Shown here piece after piece: positions 45,651-54,265 of a stretch of DNA of 61,825 nucleotides. This stretch comes from a virus (Duplodnaviria > Caudoviricetes). The notes under the pieces are model-generated. The model was not told the origin of the DNA and did no database searches. It worked only from the letters and a program-made list of their open reading frames with translations. Both the position numbers and the translations under genes were made by a program. Numbering within the stretch: the first letter of the stretch is position 1; every line of letters begins with the position of its first letter. Location of the stretch: positions 1 through 61,825 of IMG/VR virus record IMGVR_UViG_3300010397_000010, one strand, 5' to 3'.

Positions 45651-46001
45651 CTAGCCCCTCTTCCTCGCCATCTTGCGATCAGCCTTCTTCGTCTGCTTCA
45701 CCGTCAGAACGCGCTCTCCGCGATGTACCCGAGCAATTCCAGTCTTGCGAACCTTCCCGCCCTTTTTGTACGAATCAGGCTCAGCAGCAGTTTCATTCCT
45801 AAGTCTCGCCGTACTCCCACCGAATCCCTTAGTCTGCTTCAGCGCTGAAGTCTCCCTCTTCCCCTGCTCCGCGATATACTCGCGCTTCTTCTGAGGATTC
45901 GCTATCGAAGCTGCCTTCGTCCCGCGATACTTAGCCAAATCCGCTCTCTCCTTCTCGGCGCTTTCAGCCTTCTCTTCAGCAGAATCATCAGACATTTTCA
46001 A
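45651..46001 (-). CDS. Basic virion-associated protein
   Basis: YKKGGKVRKTGIARVHRGERVLT motif. Confidence 0.75.
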   Translation of the reverse strand: MKMSDDSAEEKAESAEKERADLAKYRGTKAASIANPQKKREYIAEQGKRETSALKQTKGFGGSTARLRNETAAEPDSYKKGGKVRKTGIARVHRGERVLTVKQTKKADRKMARKRG

Positions 46002-46011
46002 TTCTCCCTTA

Positions 46012-47004
46012 CTACATATTCCTTGAGCTAACCATTCCCGTGGCCGGGTCGAATGTGCTGACCGCTCTCACTCCCGATATGCGAGTCATTGTGGAGCGCC
46101 ACATATCCACTCTATCTCGATCCATCGACCTTATCTCTTTCAATTGTGATTGAGCTTGAGCCTGCGCTGCGCCAATGAGGAATCTGAAGTCTGCTCCATT
46201 CCCTCTCGGATTAGCGGAGTCCTTATTTCCTTCGCACCATTCGTAAGCACGAACTCTCGCCATCGCCTTTACCAAGCTCTCGGTGATCGGAAAGGGGAGA
46301 GTGTCAGAGGGATTCGTGAGATCAGGCCCCATTCGACTGAACCACGTCGAATAGACATACTGAGCTTGAGGTTGAGGATAGAGTTCCATCATCAATCGCC
46401 CAAATGTCGCTGATCCTGGTCGATCATCTATCCCATGAGGAATCACCATCAGAGGATTCGAGAATATCTGCCTTTGGGGATCACATCGATTGACATAATC
46501 CGTCGCCCCCCTTGCATTCGACACATTCAGATAGATGACGTTATTCGTGTCTAGCACATCTTCCCACGCCTCAAAGTCATCCACGGGGACAGGATAATAG
46601 CATTGATAGATGGAGTAATGAATCCCACTCCCTACGGTAAGATCAATATAAGGCCGATCAAGAGTAAGCTCTCCTGTTGTCCCATCCATAGCGATGATGT
46701 TATAAATAGTCCCCGCGCCGACCCTAAATTGGCGCTGAGTGATTAGCGATACCGGAGTGGATGCAGCAAGCCATAACGCCTGCGCGGTCGCATCAGACTG
46801 GACGAGATTGCTTCCAAGGGTAACGGTGCATGTTCCGCCATTGACTAAGGAAGGAGTGGCGAATCCCGATGAGCCTAATTGAAAACTCCATCCCCTCAGG
46901 TTGCGGATATCCACCCACGCCTCACGAACATGGGTGCGGGCAAGTAGGGCGCTATAAGCAGGAACGCAACCGCGTAACTCAGCCACCATAGTCGAGAGCG
47001 ACAT
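46012..47004 (-). CDS. Head-tail adaptor-like protein
   Basis: MVAELRGCVP..., MELYPQP; follows capsid genes. Confidence 0.6.
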   Translation of the reverse strand: MSLSTMVAELRGCVPAYSALLARTHVREAWVDIRNLRGWSFQLGSSGFATPSLVNGGTCTVTLGSNLVQSDATAQALWLAASTPVSLITQRQFRVGAGTIYNIIAMDGTTGELTLDRPYIDLTVGSGIHYSIYQCYYPVPVDDFEAWEDVLDTNNVIYLNVSNARGATDYVNRCDPQRQIFSNPLMVIPHGIDDRPGSATFGRLMMELYPQPQAQYVYSTWFSRMGPDLTNPSDTLPFPITESLVKAMARVRAYEWCEGNKDSANPRGNGADFRFLIGAAQAQAQSQLKEIRSMDRDRVDMWRSTMTRISGVRAVSTFDPATGMVSSRNM

Positions 47005-47016
47005 TTCTTGCCCTTC

Positions 47017-47052
47017 TAAACAAAATGGGCGAGGCGCTTGGCCCCGCCCGAA
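47017..47052 (-). terminator. Intrinsic terminator after capsid genes
   Basis: GGGCGGGG-loop-CCTCGCCC then ATTTTGTTT on - strand. Confidence 0.65.
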
Positions 47053-47076
47053 TGCGATGGAGATCGCTTTCCTAAG

Positions 47077-47427
47077 CTACCTTCCTACATAGCCAAGTTT
47101 AACCACTTCCGCACTGAGATCAACCGCACTCGATACTTGAGTAAGGGCTGGAACGCCTGCCGTGGCGGTGAACCACAGCAATTTCCACGTCTTACGCTCC
47201 CCTTTTCCCGTTGGCTGAGCGACTACCCAATAACTCCCACTCACCGACAGATTCCCACTCCCGAGAACATTATCAATAACCGCCAGCCCGAGCATCGAGA
47301 TGCCGGTCATTGCGTTATTTGAGCCGAGAGTCTCCCCTCCAGTCGTGTAGGACTTCGGCCCTGCGTGATCGACTGCCAAGAGCTTCCCTTGGCCGATAGT
47401 GAACGCACCTAACTGAGTGTCGGCCAT
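47077..47427 (-). CDS. Capsid-associated / decoration protein
   Basis: GPKSYTTGGE and AVDLSA motifs; follows capsid genes. Confidence 0.6.
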   Translation of the reverse strand: MADTQLGAFTIGQGKLLAVDHAGPKSYTTGGETLGSNNAMTGISMLGLAVIDNVLGSGNLSVSGSYWVVAQPTGKGERKTWKLLWFTATAGVPALTQVSSAVDLSAEVVKLGYVGR

Positions 47428-48041
47428 TAGAGATCAATCCTCGTTACCGGACGAGTGATCCGGATAAGGTTCCTCGCGCTCGCCGTTCCAGTGGTGACAA
47501 GGGAGTAGCCAATCGTGAGGCCATTCGTCGCGTTATTCGAAGCGCCCGTCTTGGTGACTGCGCCCTGAGTTCCGGTCGATAGGCTGATGACATCCGCGAA
47601 GGCACTCGCTGCCGTAGCGTCGAACAGTGGATTCGCCTTCCCATTGCACTGAATGAACGCATAGGGATGAGTTTTGCCAAAGTTCGAGTCAATCGAGATC
47701 CCCGCGAAGTCGGCATTCGTAGTCGAATTGAACGTAGTTACGGTAGCTTCGCCCGTTCCAGTGTCGTCGGATTGAAGCCACGATACCGCCGTACCGAGCG
47801 GAATCGGATCAGTCGTCACCGCAGGATCGAGCTTGACCCACATATAATTACCCTCATAGAGCGTGCCCCATGTCGAGTAACTATACTGCGCGGCTTCCTG
47901 ATTCGAGATCTCAAAGAACGCACCCGGATTCAATCCAGTCGCAATCTGAGTCCCCGTCAGTCCCTCCACCGCTCCCGTAGGAGAGGTCGAGGCCATGTTG
48001 TTGAGCCATTGCTGAATATAACCTACTGAAGTTCGAGACAT
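47427..48041 (-). CDS. Capsid cement / decoration protein
   Basis: Directly after the MCP; YMWVK...YAFIQCNG. Confidence 0.6.
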   Translation of the reverse strand: MSRTSVGYIQQWLNNMASTSPTGAVEGLTGTQIATGLNPGAFFEISNQEAAQYSYSTWGTLYEGNYMWVKLDPAVTTDPIPLGTAVSWLQSDDTGTGEATVTTFNSTTNADFAGISIDSNFGKTHPYAFIQCNGKANPLFDATAASAFADVISLSTGTQGAVTKTGASNNATNGLTIGYSLVTTGTASARNLIRITRPVTRIDL

Positions 48042-48083
48042 TTCCTTTAATTCCTCTCCATTAAGTTCTTTAGATTCAGCAAT

Positions 48084-49262
48084 TTAGCCATTAATCCCAT
48101 ACCCGTGAATACTCATCCTCGGACTCGGAGTATACATATTGAGCGCGAGATTGATGAGCAGGGCATCATTCGTGTTGTTGTTGTAGACTTCGTTCTGCCT
48201 ACGCCCGAACAGGAAATCCGGGTTGTCGGTCGGTCGATACTTCCACGCCGAGCCAGTGAGGGCGAAGATCGTCTCGCCAACCGTGATCGTGGTCGATGCA
48301 GGCAACTGAGATGGCGAAGTCGCTCCAGTCGCAGTCGAGTTCGATGTGAAAGTAGTCGTCTTGTTCGACGTGGAAATGTAGTTGGTCGGGAAATCCGCGC
48401 CCCACGCTGCTCCAGGGGTGAGGATATCGTCATAGATCACAGTGCCCATGAACGAGATTCCTTCGATATCCGGAACGCTCGAAAGGGATTTCATCGTCCA
48501 ATTAGTCGTAAATTGCTGCTGAGTCTGCAACGCTGAGAGGATGTAAGCCCAACCGTTAGGAGTGGTGATGGTGATTTCAGGGGTGCGGCCATCACAGAAC
48601 TTTCGAGCCCTGACGAGGAAGTTAATCAACCCTCTCACGCTGATCGCCGCTGCGGTGCCATCAGAGTTGCCGAAGAAATAGGGTATCGAGTTATTCGCTA
48701 CCGAGATGGCTCCATTCCTCACCTGCGACCCATAGTTCTGATATACGTTGCCATCCCAAGAGTTATTCAGGCCATCATTCAGCGCCTCAGCGAAGCCATT
48801 GATTCGAGTGGTTCCATTATCGCTAATGAGCCCTGATGCGCTCATTTGGCCGTGATGATACCCATCAACCTCAACGTTGGTCGAGATGGCCGCGACACCG
48901 TTGCGGAAATAGAGATCAATCAACTCAATCTTCGCATTCGGCCCTTTATTCTGCACCGACAGAGAGAACGTCTCCAGCATATCCCGCGAGGTGTAGAGCT
49001 TCGGGATGAACGCCAAATCAGCAAGCTGCTGAGTGTGCTCGATGGTGAAATTCGTTCCCGGACTCGCAGCCCCGGCAGCCGGGGAGCCCATAATGAAAGG
49101 CTCCCTCATCAACATGCCGCCGCCGAACGGGTCAACCGCGCCGATTGCTCTCATGTGCTGCTGAAGGGCAGTCTTGACGAAGAAATTGTCATAGGCGACA
49201 TCCGCCAATAAATCGTCAAGCGTCGAAGCCTGAAGATCAGAGTTATAAGTTGGATCGGGCAT
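48084..49262 (-). CDS. Major capsid protein
   Basis: DNFFVK, GGG..MREP, INGFAEAL, ITITT, ISFMGTVIYDD; follows portal and scaffold. Confidence 0.85.
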   Translation of the reverse strand: MPDPTYNSDLQASTLDDLLADVAYDNFFVKTALQQHMRAIGAVDPFGGGMLMREPFIMGSPAAGAASPGTNFTIEHTQQLADLAFIPKLYTSRDMLETFSLSVQNKGPNAKIELIDLYFRNGVAAISTNVEVDGYHHGQMSASGLISDNGTTRINGFAEALNDGLNNSWDGNVYQNYGSQVRNGAISVANNSIPYFFGNSDGTAAAISVRGLINFLVRARKFCDGRTPEITITTPNGWAYILSALQTQQQFTTNWTMKSLSSVPDIEGISFMGTVIYDDILTPGAAWGADFPTNYISTSNKTTTFTSNSTATGATSPSQLPASTTITVGETIFALTGSAWKYRPTDNPDFLFGRRQNEVYNNNTNDALLINLALNMYTPSPRMSIHGYGING

Positions 49263-49285
49263 CGCTAGTCAATCTCCTTAGTCAA

Positions 49286-50092
49286 CTATTGCTGAGTTCC
49301 TGAAGTATACTTCTCCAACCTATTCCTTGTTGCTTGATCCCTTCCTTGGGCAGTTTGCCACAGGGATTTCCGAGTATCATCAGTCACGATTCGATCAAAC
49401 TTGCTCGGTCTCGGAGAACGAGTCTCCCCATTCGCCCCATTGACCTTCTGATACTCCGCAATGGCTTCTTTCTTCGCTGCATCCCTAATCTCGTTCAACT
49501 CTTTCTCGCGCTTCTCCGTAGCTCGCTTAGTCTCAAGGCCCGCCATGTCATACTTCCTACCTACGTAATCCCTCAGAGTCTCACTCGGACGCTTATTCTT
49601 CCCAAAGTCCTCATACTCCGACTCCAGATCCAATTCCTGTCCGGTCAACTGGCGATATTTATTGGACATTGAGACAAGAGCCATATTGGTGCGGGCGATG
49701 TCCATTGCACGCTGATCGATATAGGTCGAGTCGATATTCGAGGAGGTAGGGGGCACAACTTTATCTGCTGATGGGGGAGGAGTGGCGAGATAGCTATCAG
49801 GCACTTCATAGCCTTGATCCTTTAGAGTTTTCAGGTAAGCCGCTTGCTGCGCGATTCGCGCTTCAGCCTCAGCTACCCTCTGATCCGCTTTCCTTACGTA
49901 AGGAATCACTTCGGTATCATTCCAAGTCTTGAGCTTATTTTCGATCTCCTGAGCATTCATCAGAGCAGTCTTGCCCTGCTCAGCTTCGTTAATGAATCCT
50001 TCGAGAACGCCACTGAAGGCAGGATTAGTCATCAAACTCTCAATGTTCTCATCGCTCAAGTTTCGTGCTTTCAGAATCGCTTTAATATCCAT
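49286..50092 (-). CDS. Scaffolding protein
   Basis: Helical, charged; upstream of the MCP. Confidence 0.65.
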   Translation of the reverse strand: MDIKAILKARNLSDENIESLMTNPAFSGVLEGFINEAEQGKTALMNAQEIENKLKTWNDTEVIPYVRKADQRVAEAEARIAQQAAYLKTLKDQGYEVPDSYLATPPPSADKVVPPTSSNIDSTYIDQRAMDIARTNMALVSMSNKYRQLTGQELDLESEYEDFGKNKRPSETLRDYVGRKYDMAGLETKRATEKREKELNEIRDAAKKEAIAEYQKVNGANGETRSPRPSKFDRIVTDDTRKSLWQTAQGRDQATRNRLEKYTSGTQQ

Positions 50093-50138
50093 AATCCCTC
50101 TCCCCTTTTCCTTCTCTATCCCCTTTTACATCTACAAC

Positions 50139-50426
50139 TTAAATCGGAGGCGCTTGCGGTTGCGCGGCGGATTGAGTCTCCGCAATCTTCGCTTGAGCCA
50201 TTTGAACTTGTTTCTGAATCTCCTGCGCCATCGGAGCGGCGGCGGGGAATGCTTGGCCGAGCATATTAGCGAGCTGACTAATTCCAGCCACAATCCTGAT
50301 AATTGCTGGCCCTTGAGATGGCCCCTGTGGTGAAACCCCCTGCCCGCCCGCAGGGGATGGGCCACCCTGAGGAGGTTGAGTAGCTTGAGTCGCGGGCTGA
50401 GCAGGGGAGACTACAGGGCTTGACAT
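50139..50426 (-). CDS. Pro/Gln/Ala-rich protein
   Basis: MSSPVVSPAQ...QAPPI. Confidence 0.65.
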   Translation of the reverse strand: MSSPVVSPAQPATQATQPPQGGPSPAGGQGVSPQGPSQGPAIIRIVAGISQLANMLGQAFPAAAPMAQEIQKQVQMAQAKIAETQSAAQPQAPPI

Positions 50427-50427
50427 G

Positions 50428-50541
50428 TTATTTCTTCTTCCCGCCCTTTTTGAACTCTGATGCCTTGAAGCCTCCCTTAATCTTGAGGCTTCCACCCTTA
50501 CCAAGCTTCGATCCGCTCATTTTGCTTACGATATTCTTCAT
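50428..50541 (-). CDS. 37-aa Lys/Gly-rich peptide
   Basis: MKNIVSKMSGSKLGKGGSLKIKGGFKASEFKKGGKKK*; GGGAG SD. Confidence 0.65.
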   Translation of the reverse strand: MKNIVSKMSGSKLGKGGSLKIKGGFKASEFKKGGKKK

Positions 50542-50697
50542 GCTCAGAATCTCCCTCTCTAAATAGAAATGGCCCAGAGCCATTTCGCTCTGAGCCATCT
50601 CATTTCGTTCCCACCGGGGGAATCCTGAGAGAATCTCGATTAATGAGTAAGATACACCACATCCCAGGTAAGGTGTCAAGTCTTTCGACTTAAATAG

Positions 50698-50940
50698 CTA
50701 AAGTTTCCCCTTTTCCCCATTTTCCTTGCCATTCTCGCTTGCCCTTCGGACTTCATCAAAGGCGATTTCGTTGATTCCCCCATTTCCGGGGTATTGCACC
50801 TCAAGTCGCCCTCTCCATTTTTCTTTTCGGAAGAACTCGAATAGCTTTACTAGGGTAGCTGGATCTTTTGGGCCTCGCCATATAGCCCGAGCCCTGCCTT
50901 GATACTGGACATCGAACTCAGGCTTGAACGGTTCGTCCAT
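50698..50940 (-). CDS. Hypothetical protein
   Basis: GGGAG SD. Confidence 0.65.
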   Translation of the reverse strand: MDEPFKPEFDVQYQGRARAIWRGPKDPATLVKLFEFFRKEKWRGRLEVQYPGNGGINEIAFDEVRRASENGKENGEKGKL

Positions 50941-50951
50941 TTCAACTCTCC

Positions 50952-51620
50952 CTAAGCAACGCAGGCGAATTCGCCATGATACTTCAATGCACCTTGCTCA
51001 TACAGAATCCTAGCTTCACCCAAAGTATCCACAATTCCAAGCTCAATCGACTTACCATCAATATAGATTCGAACTCTATATCGACCCCTCTGCAAAGATA
51101 TCCCCTTACACCCAAATTTATTGTTCTTGCCCGTGCCCCGATTGAACATCTGCTGCTGCCAAGTATTCGCTTTTCTGAGATTAGCCCTACGATTATCCAA
51201 GGGCAACCGATTTATATGATCTCCGGTACTCTCATCAGACGGCCCTAAACCTAAAATCTCTCTGTGCATCGAGATATAGATAACTTGACCCTTCTTGCGC
51301 TTTGACCGTTGAGCATAAAATCCATTTTCATGCTTCTTCGCCTGCCACTTCCATTGCATCAACCATTCATAATCAGACGCATCGACGATGGCAAATTGTC
51401 CCTGCGTTAGTGGAATCAATCGACAATAGACCCCTTCAATTTTGAAAGGTGCAACCTTCTCAATGATGGGATGCTGTTTAGCGTTATGCCCATTAACATA
51501 AAAAAGAGGTTCACCTTTCTTATTACCCCTCGAACCTCTAGTACGAGGGGAAATCAAAGTCTTTTCGCCGCAGCCGCAATGACAGTAGCCATAAGGTATA
51601 CTTGGATCTGAGGGGGTCAT
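50952..51620 (-). CDS. HNH-AP2 homing endonuclease
   Basis: CHCGCG; IPLTQGQFAIVD; MHREILG; DHINRLPLDNRRANLR; AP2 domain YHGEFA. Confidence 0.88.
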   Translation of the reverse strand: MTPSDPSIPYGYCHCGCGEKTLISPRTRGSRGNKKGEPLFYVNGHNAKQHPIIEKVAPFKIEGVYCRLIPLTQGQFAIVDASDYEWLMQWKWQAKKHENGFYAQRSKRKKGQVIYISMHREILGLGPSDESTGDHINRLPLDNRRANLRKANTWQQQMFNRGTGKNNKFGCKGISLQRGRYRVRIYIDGKSIELGIVDTLGEARILYEQGALKYHGEFACVA

Positions 51621-51683
51621 GATCGTGTCCTTTCACGATTAGGCTTTGCCGACGCTAGTAACGTCTGGCTCCCTTATTATACA

Positions 51684-53771
51684 TCAACCTGACTCGCTAA
51701 TGACGGCGCGGGGCCCGCTTGCGGACGCTTTTGTTTCCATGTGCGGAGGAAGCTGCCCCGTTGGGGGCCGCCCTGGAGCCGCCTTTGAGCCTCCTACGCC
51801 GATAGGTTCCGGCGGTGCTGACGGCCCCTGCTGAATAAGCGAAGTTTCTAGCTGCTTCATGCCGACAGCAAATTCCAACTTCTGCCGTTGCTCGCTGCAC
51901 CATTTTTCATATTCAGTATTTCCTTCAAGTGTTCCCCAATTTCCAAGATCCATCGCCTTTGCTACCGTCTCCGATGAAATCGGGAATCCACTCCGCTGAA
52001 GCTGCATCATCAATAGCTTCTGAGGAGTCTGAACAATTCCATGCAATGATCCCGGCGTGATCGTCGCATGAATGTTCTCAAGGAACATCTTCGTCCGTTC
52101 CATCTTGGTGAACGCCGATGGGCCATTCTCAGCATTCTCCCCTAACGCATGACTTGGAACAAGGGATGCAGGATCGAGGTCGAATGTCTCCACACTCACT
52201 CCATCAGGCCCGACATAGGCCATGATCCTTCCCGTCGGATAATACTGCATCACATCATAAAGAACCATCTCCATTATGTCGCCGGTAGGGGATTCCATTC
52301 CATGAGAGATATTCTTCACAATCGGCCCTGCTTCTTCCATCGCCTTTTCGAGCACATCCCCCGAGGCTGCCGAGATCTTCGCCCGCGCTAAATTATCCAG
52401 CGCATTGATCCCGAGCATATAGTCAGAAGCTTCCCCGAGCGTTTTATCCCACGCGAATCCCCACTCAGGGATCGTCAGAAGGTCTAGCGGTAAGAAGGGA
52501 CGGGCAATCTTCTCTGAGATTTCGCCATCCACCCCCAACCTAGCGCGTTCCTCATAAGGATCGAATGATTCCATAGTCTTTCTAGGAATCCCCGCATTCT
52601 TATCGTAAATAAGGGCGGGATCGAATCTCTGCTTCGCCGTTTGATCGAGGCCACGCATGAAGGATTGCCGAGTCTCCTCAAGAGAGATAATATCTCTCGC
52701 TAGTGAGTATCCCGGTTCCCAAGGCCACTCATCCGCCGAGAATCGAGCGAGGGGAAATTGCCCATGCCAATCAAACGCAGGGCCATCATACATGGGAGTA
52801 TCCATGCCCTTTTGCGATATCATTAGCCTTAGGTTAGGGTAGAGGTAACAATCCTCCTCGATTGCTTTCCTCATCACCCTAACGCCATTATTAAACTCTC
52901 CTGTCGGCAAGTCCATCCCAACGAAGGGAACAATATAACTCTCTAACGCTCCCGGCTGACCCATCGGCTTTGGGTGCTTCGTCTCATTTATGGAGAGATC
53001 TCTCACATAGGTATATCTGATCTCATCCATTTGGGCCGACCAATTCCCCTGTCCTCCAACAAGATCAGCATTAGCCGTGCGAAATCTCTCGGCGAGAGCA
53101 AGCCGATCTTTCGCCGCATTTCCTGAATATCTCCGTCTCGCAACGGGGCGAAGTTTTGATTGGAACTTGGGGAATTTGGCATGAGCCTCAAATTCAGGCA
53201 TAAATCTTACGAGGGTATGAGCATACGCGCCTTGGATCTCATTATCCTCGGGCATTTGAAAGGAGAGAACGTCATTGCAGGAGAAGGTATCGAAGTCGAT
53301 CCTCTTCGCAGACTTAGCCGAGAGCCTCATATTGCGATAGACAGGAGAAATGAATGAATACCCTCCCGCCGTAAACCACTGAACAGCTTTCTTAGCCGCA
53401 ATCGGGAATTTAGATTCGAAATAAACCGATTTCCAAATCTTGTTATACATCGCCAGGAAGGATTGATAGGCAGGATTCTCCGAGCTAAATCCATCAATAG
53501 CTCGAATATCAGCGATGTTAGCAATGACTTCTTGAAGGGCCCTCTTCCCTCGATTCACCGTCAGCGTTGAGCGCGACTGGTTAATCTTATTCTTCCCCGT
53601 TCGGCCTGAGATGAGGTCAATCGAAGCTCCGATATCCTTAGAGTTGATCGATGTTGAGTTAGCCTGCTCCCCAAACGACACAATGTCGTCGATCCACCCT
53701 TGACGAGTCTTAGCGTTATCTTTTCCGTTGTTTTCAGGGGGCTGCCAGTGGCGGTCGGGCTCAATTGCCAT
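51684..53771 (-). CDS. Portal protein
   Basis: 695 aa between terminase and scaffold; Pro-rich C-terminal tail typical of podoviral portals. Confidence 0.8.
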   Translation of the reverse strand: MAIEPDRHWQPPENNGKDNAKTRQGWIDDIVSFGEQANSTSINSKDIGASIDLISGRTGKNKINQSRSTLTVNRGKRALQEVIANIADIRAIDGFSSENPAYQSFLAMYNKIWKSVYFESKFPIAAKKAVQWFTAGGYSFISPVYRNMRLSAKSAKRIDFDTFSCNDVLSFQMPEDNEIQGAYAHTLVRFMPEFEAHAKFPKFQSKLRPVARRRYSGNAAKDRLALAERFRTANADLVGGQGNWSAQMDEIRYTYVRDLSINETKHPKPMGQPGALESYIVPFVGMDLPTGEFNNGVRVMRKAIEEDCYLYPNLRLMISQKGMDTPMYDGPAFDWHGQFPLARFSADEWPWEPGYSLARDIISLEETRQSFMRGLDQTAKQRFDPALIYDKNAGIPRKTMESFDPYEERARLGVDGEISEKIARPFLPLDLLTIPEWGFAWDKTLGEASDYMLGINALDNLARAKISAASGDVLEKAMEEAGPIVKNISHGMESPTGDIMEMVLYDVMQYYPTGRIMAYVGPDGVSVETFDLDPASLVPSHALGENAENGPSAFTKMERTKMFLENIHATITPGSLHGIVQTPQKLLMMQLQRSGFPISSETVAKAMDLGNWGTLEGNTEYEKWCSEQRQKLEFAVGMKQLETSLIQQGPSAPPEPIGVGGSKAAPGRPPTGQLPPHMETKASASGPRAVISESG

Positions 53772-53773
53772 CT

Positions 53774-54265
53774 CTATTTAGTCTCCATCGCTAATTGAGC
53801 CATCATCCCAACCTCCGAGTCAGCTAGTCCTCTCCGTTTGCCCTGCCATGCCGCAGCCCCAATCGGAGCTTCTTTGCGTTCAATCACTAGGGATGCTCGG
53901 GACAAATCAGGCTCCGTAGCGATCAATTGATACAATAACTTATCCTTCGCATCCAGCGACTCAAGGGTGCGCCGGGTGGCGGCTTCATCCGCAGGGCTAA
54001 TGCACCCCTTCGCCAATCTCAACTTGCAATTATCCCTCAAGCGCTCTCGACGAGCTAGGGAGCGAAGATGTTCCTCGACACGTTGAGAGCGATACCGTTC
54101 GAACTCTTGCCTAGCTAGTCTACGGGAGATTTGTTCGATCTCTGAAACCGTTTTAGCTTCGAATCTCATCCATCCTTGGAAGGGAGGCATGTTCGTCGCG
54201 GGTGCGAGCATAATCTCCCCCGCCATATTGCACCAATATACGACGCTCTCGCTGTCTCGAATCAT
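53774..54265 (-). CDS. Hypothetical protein
   Basis: ATGA-coupled to terminase. Confidence 0.7.
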   Translation of the reverse strand: MIRDSESVVYWCNMAGEIMLAPATNMPPFQGWMRFEAKTVSEIEQISRRLARQEFERYRSQRVEEHLRSLARRERLRDNCKLRLAKGCISPADEAATRRTLESLDAKDKLLYQLIATEPDLSRASLVIERKEAPIGAAAWQGKRRGLADSEVGMMAQLAMETK

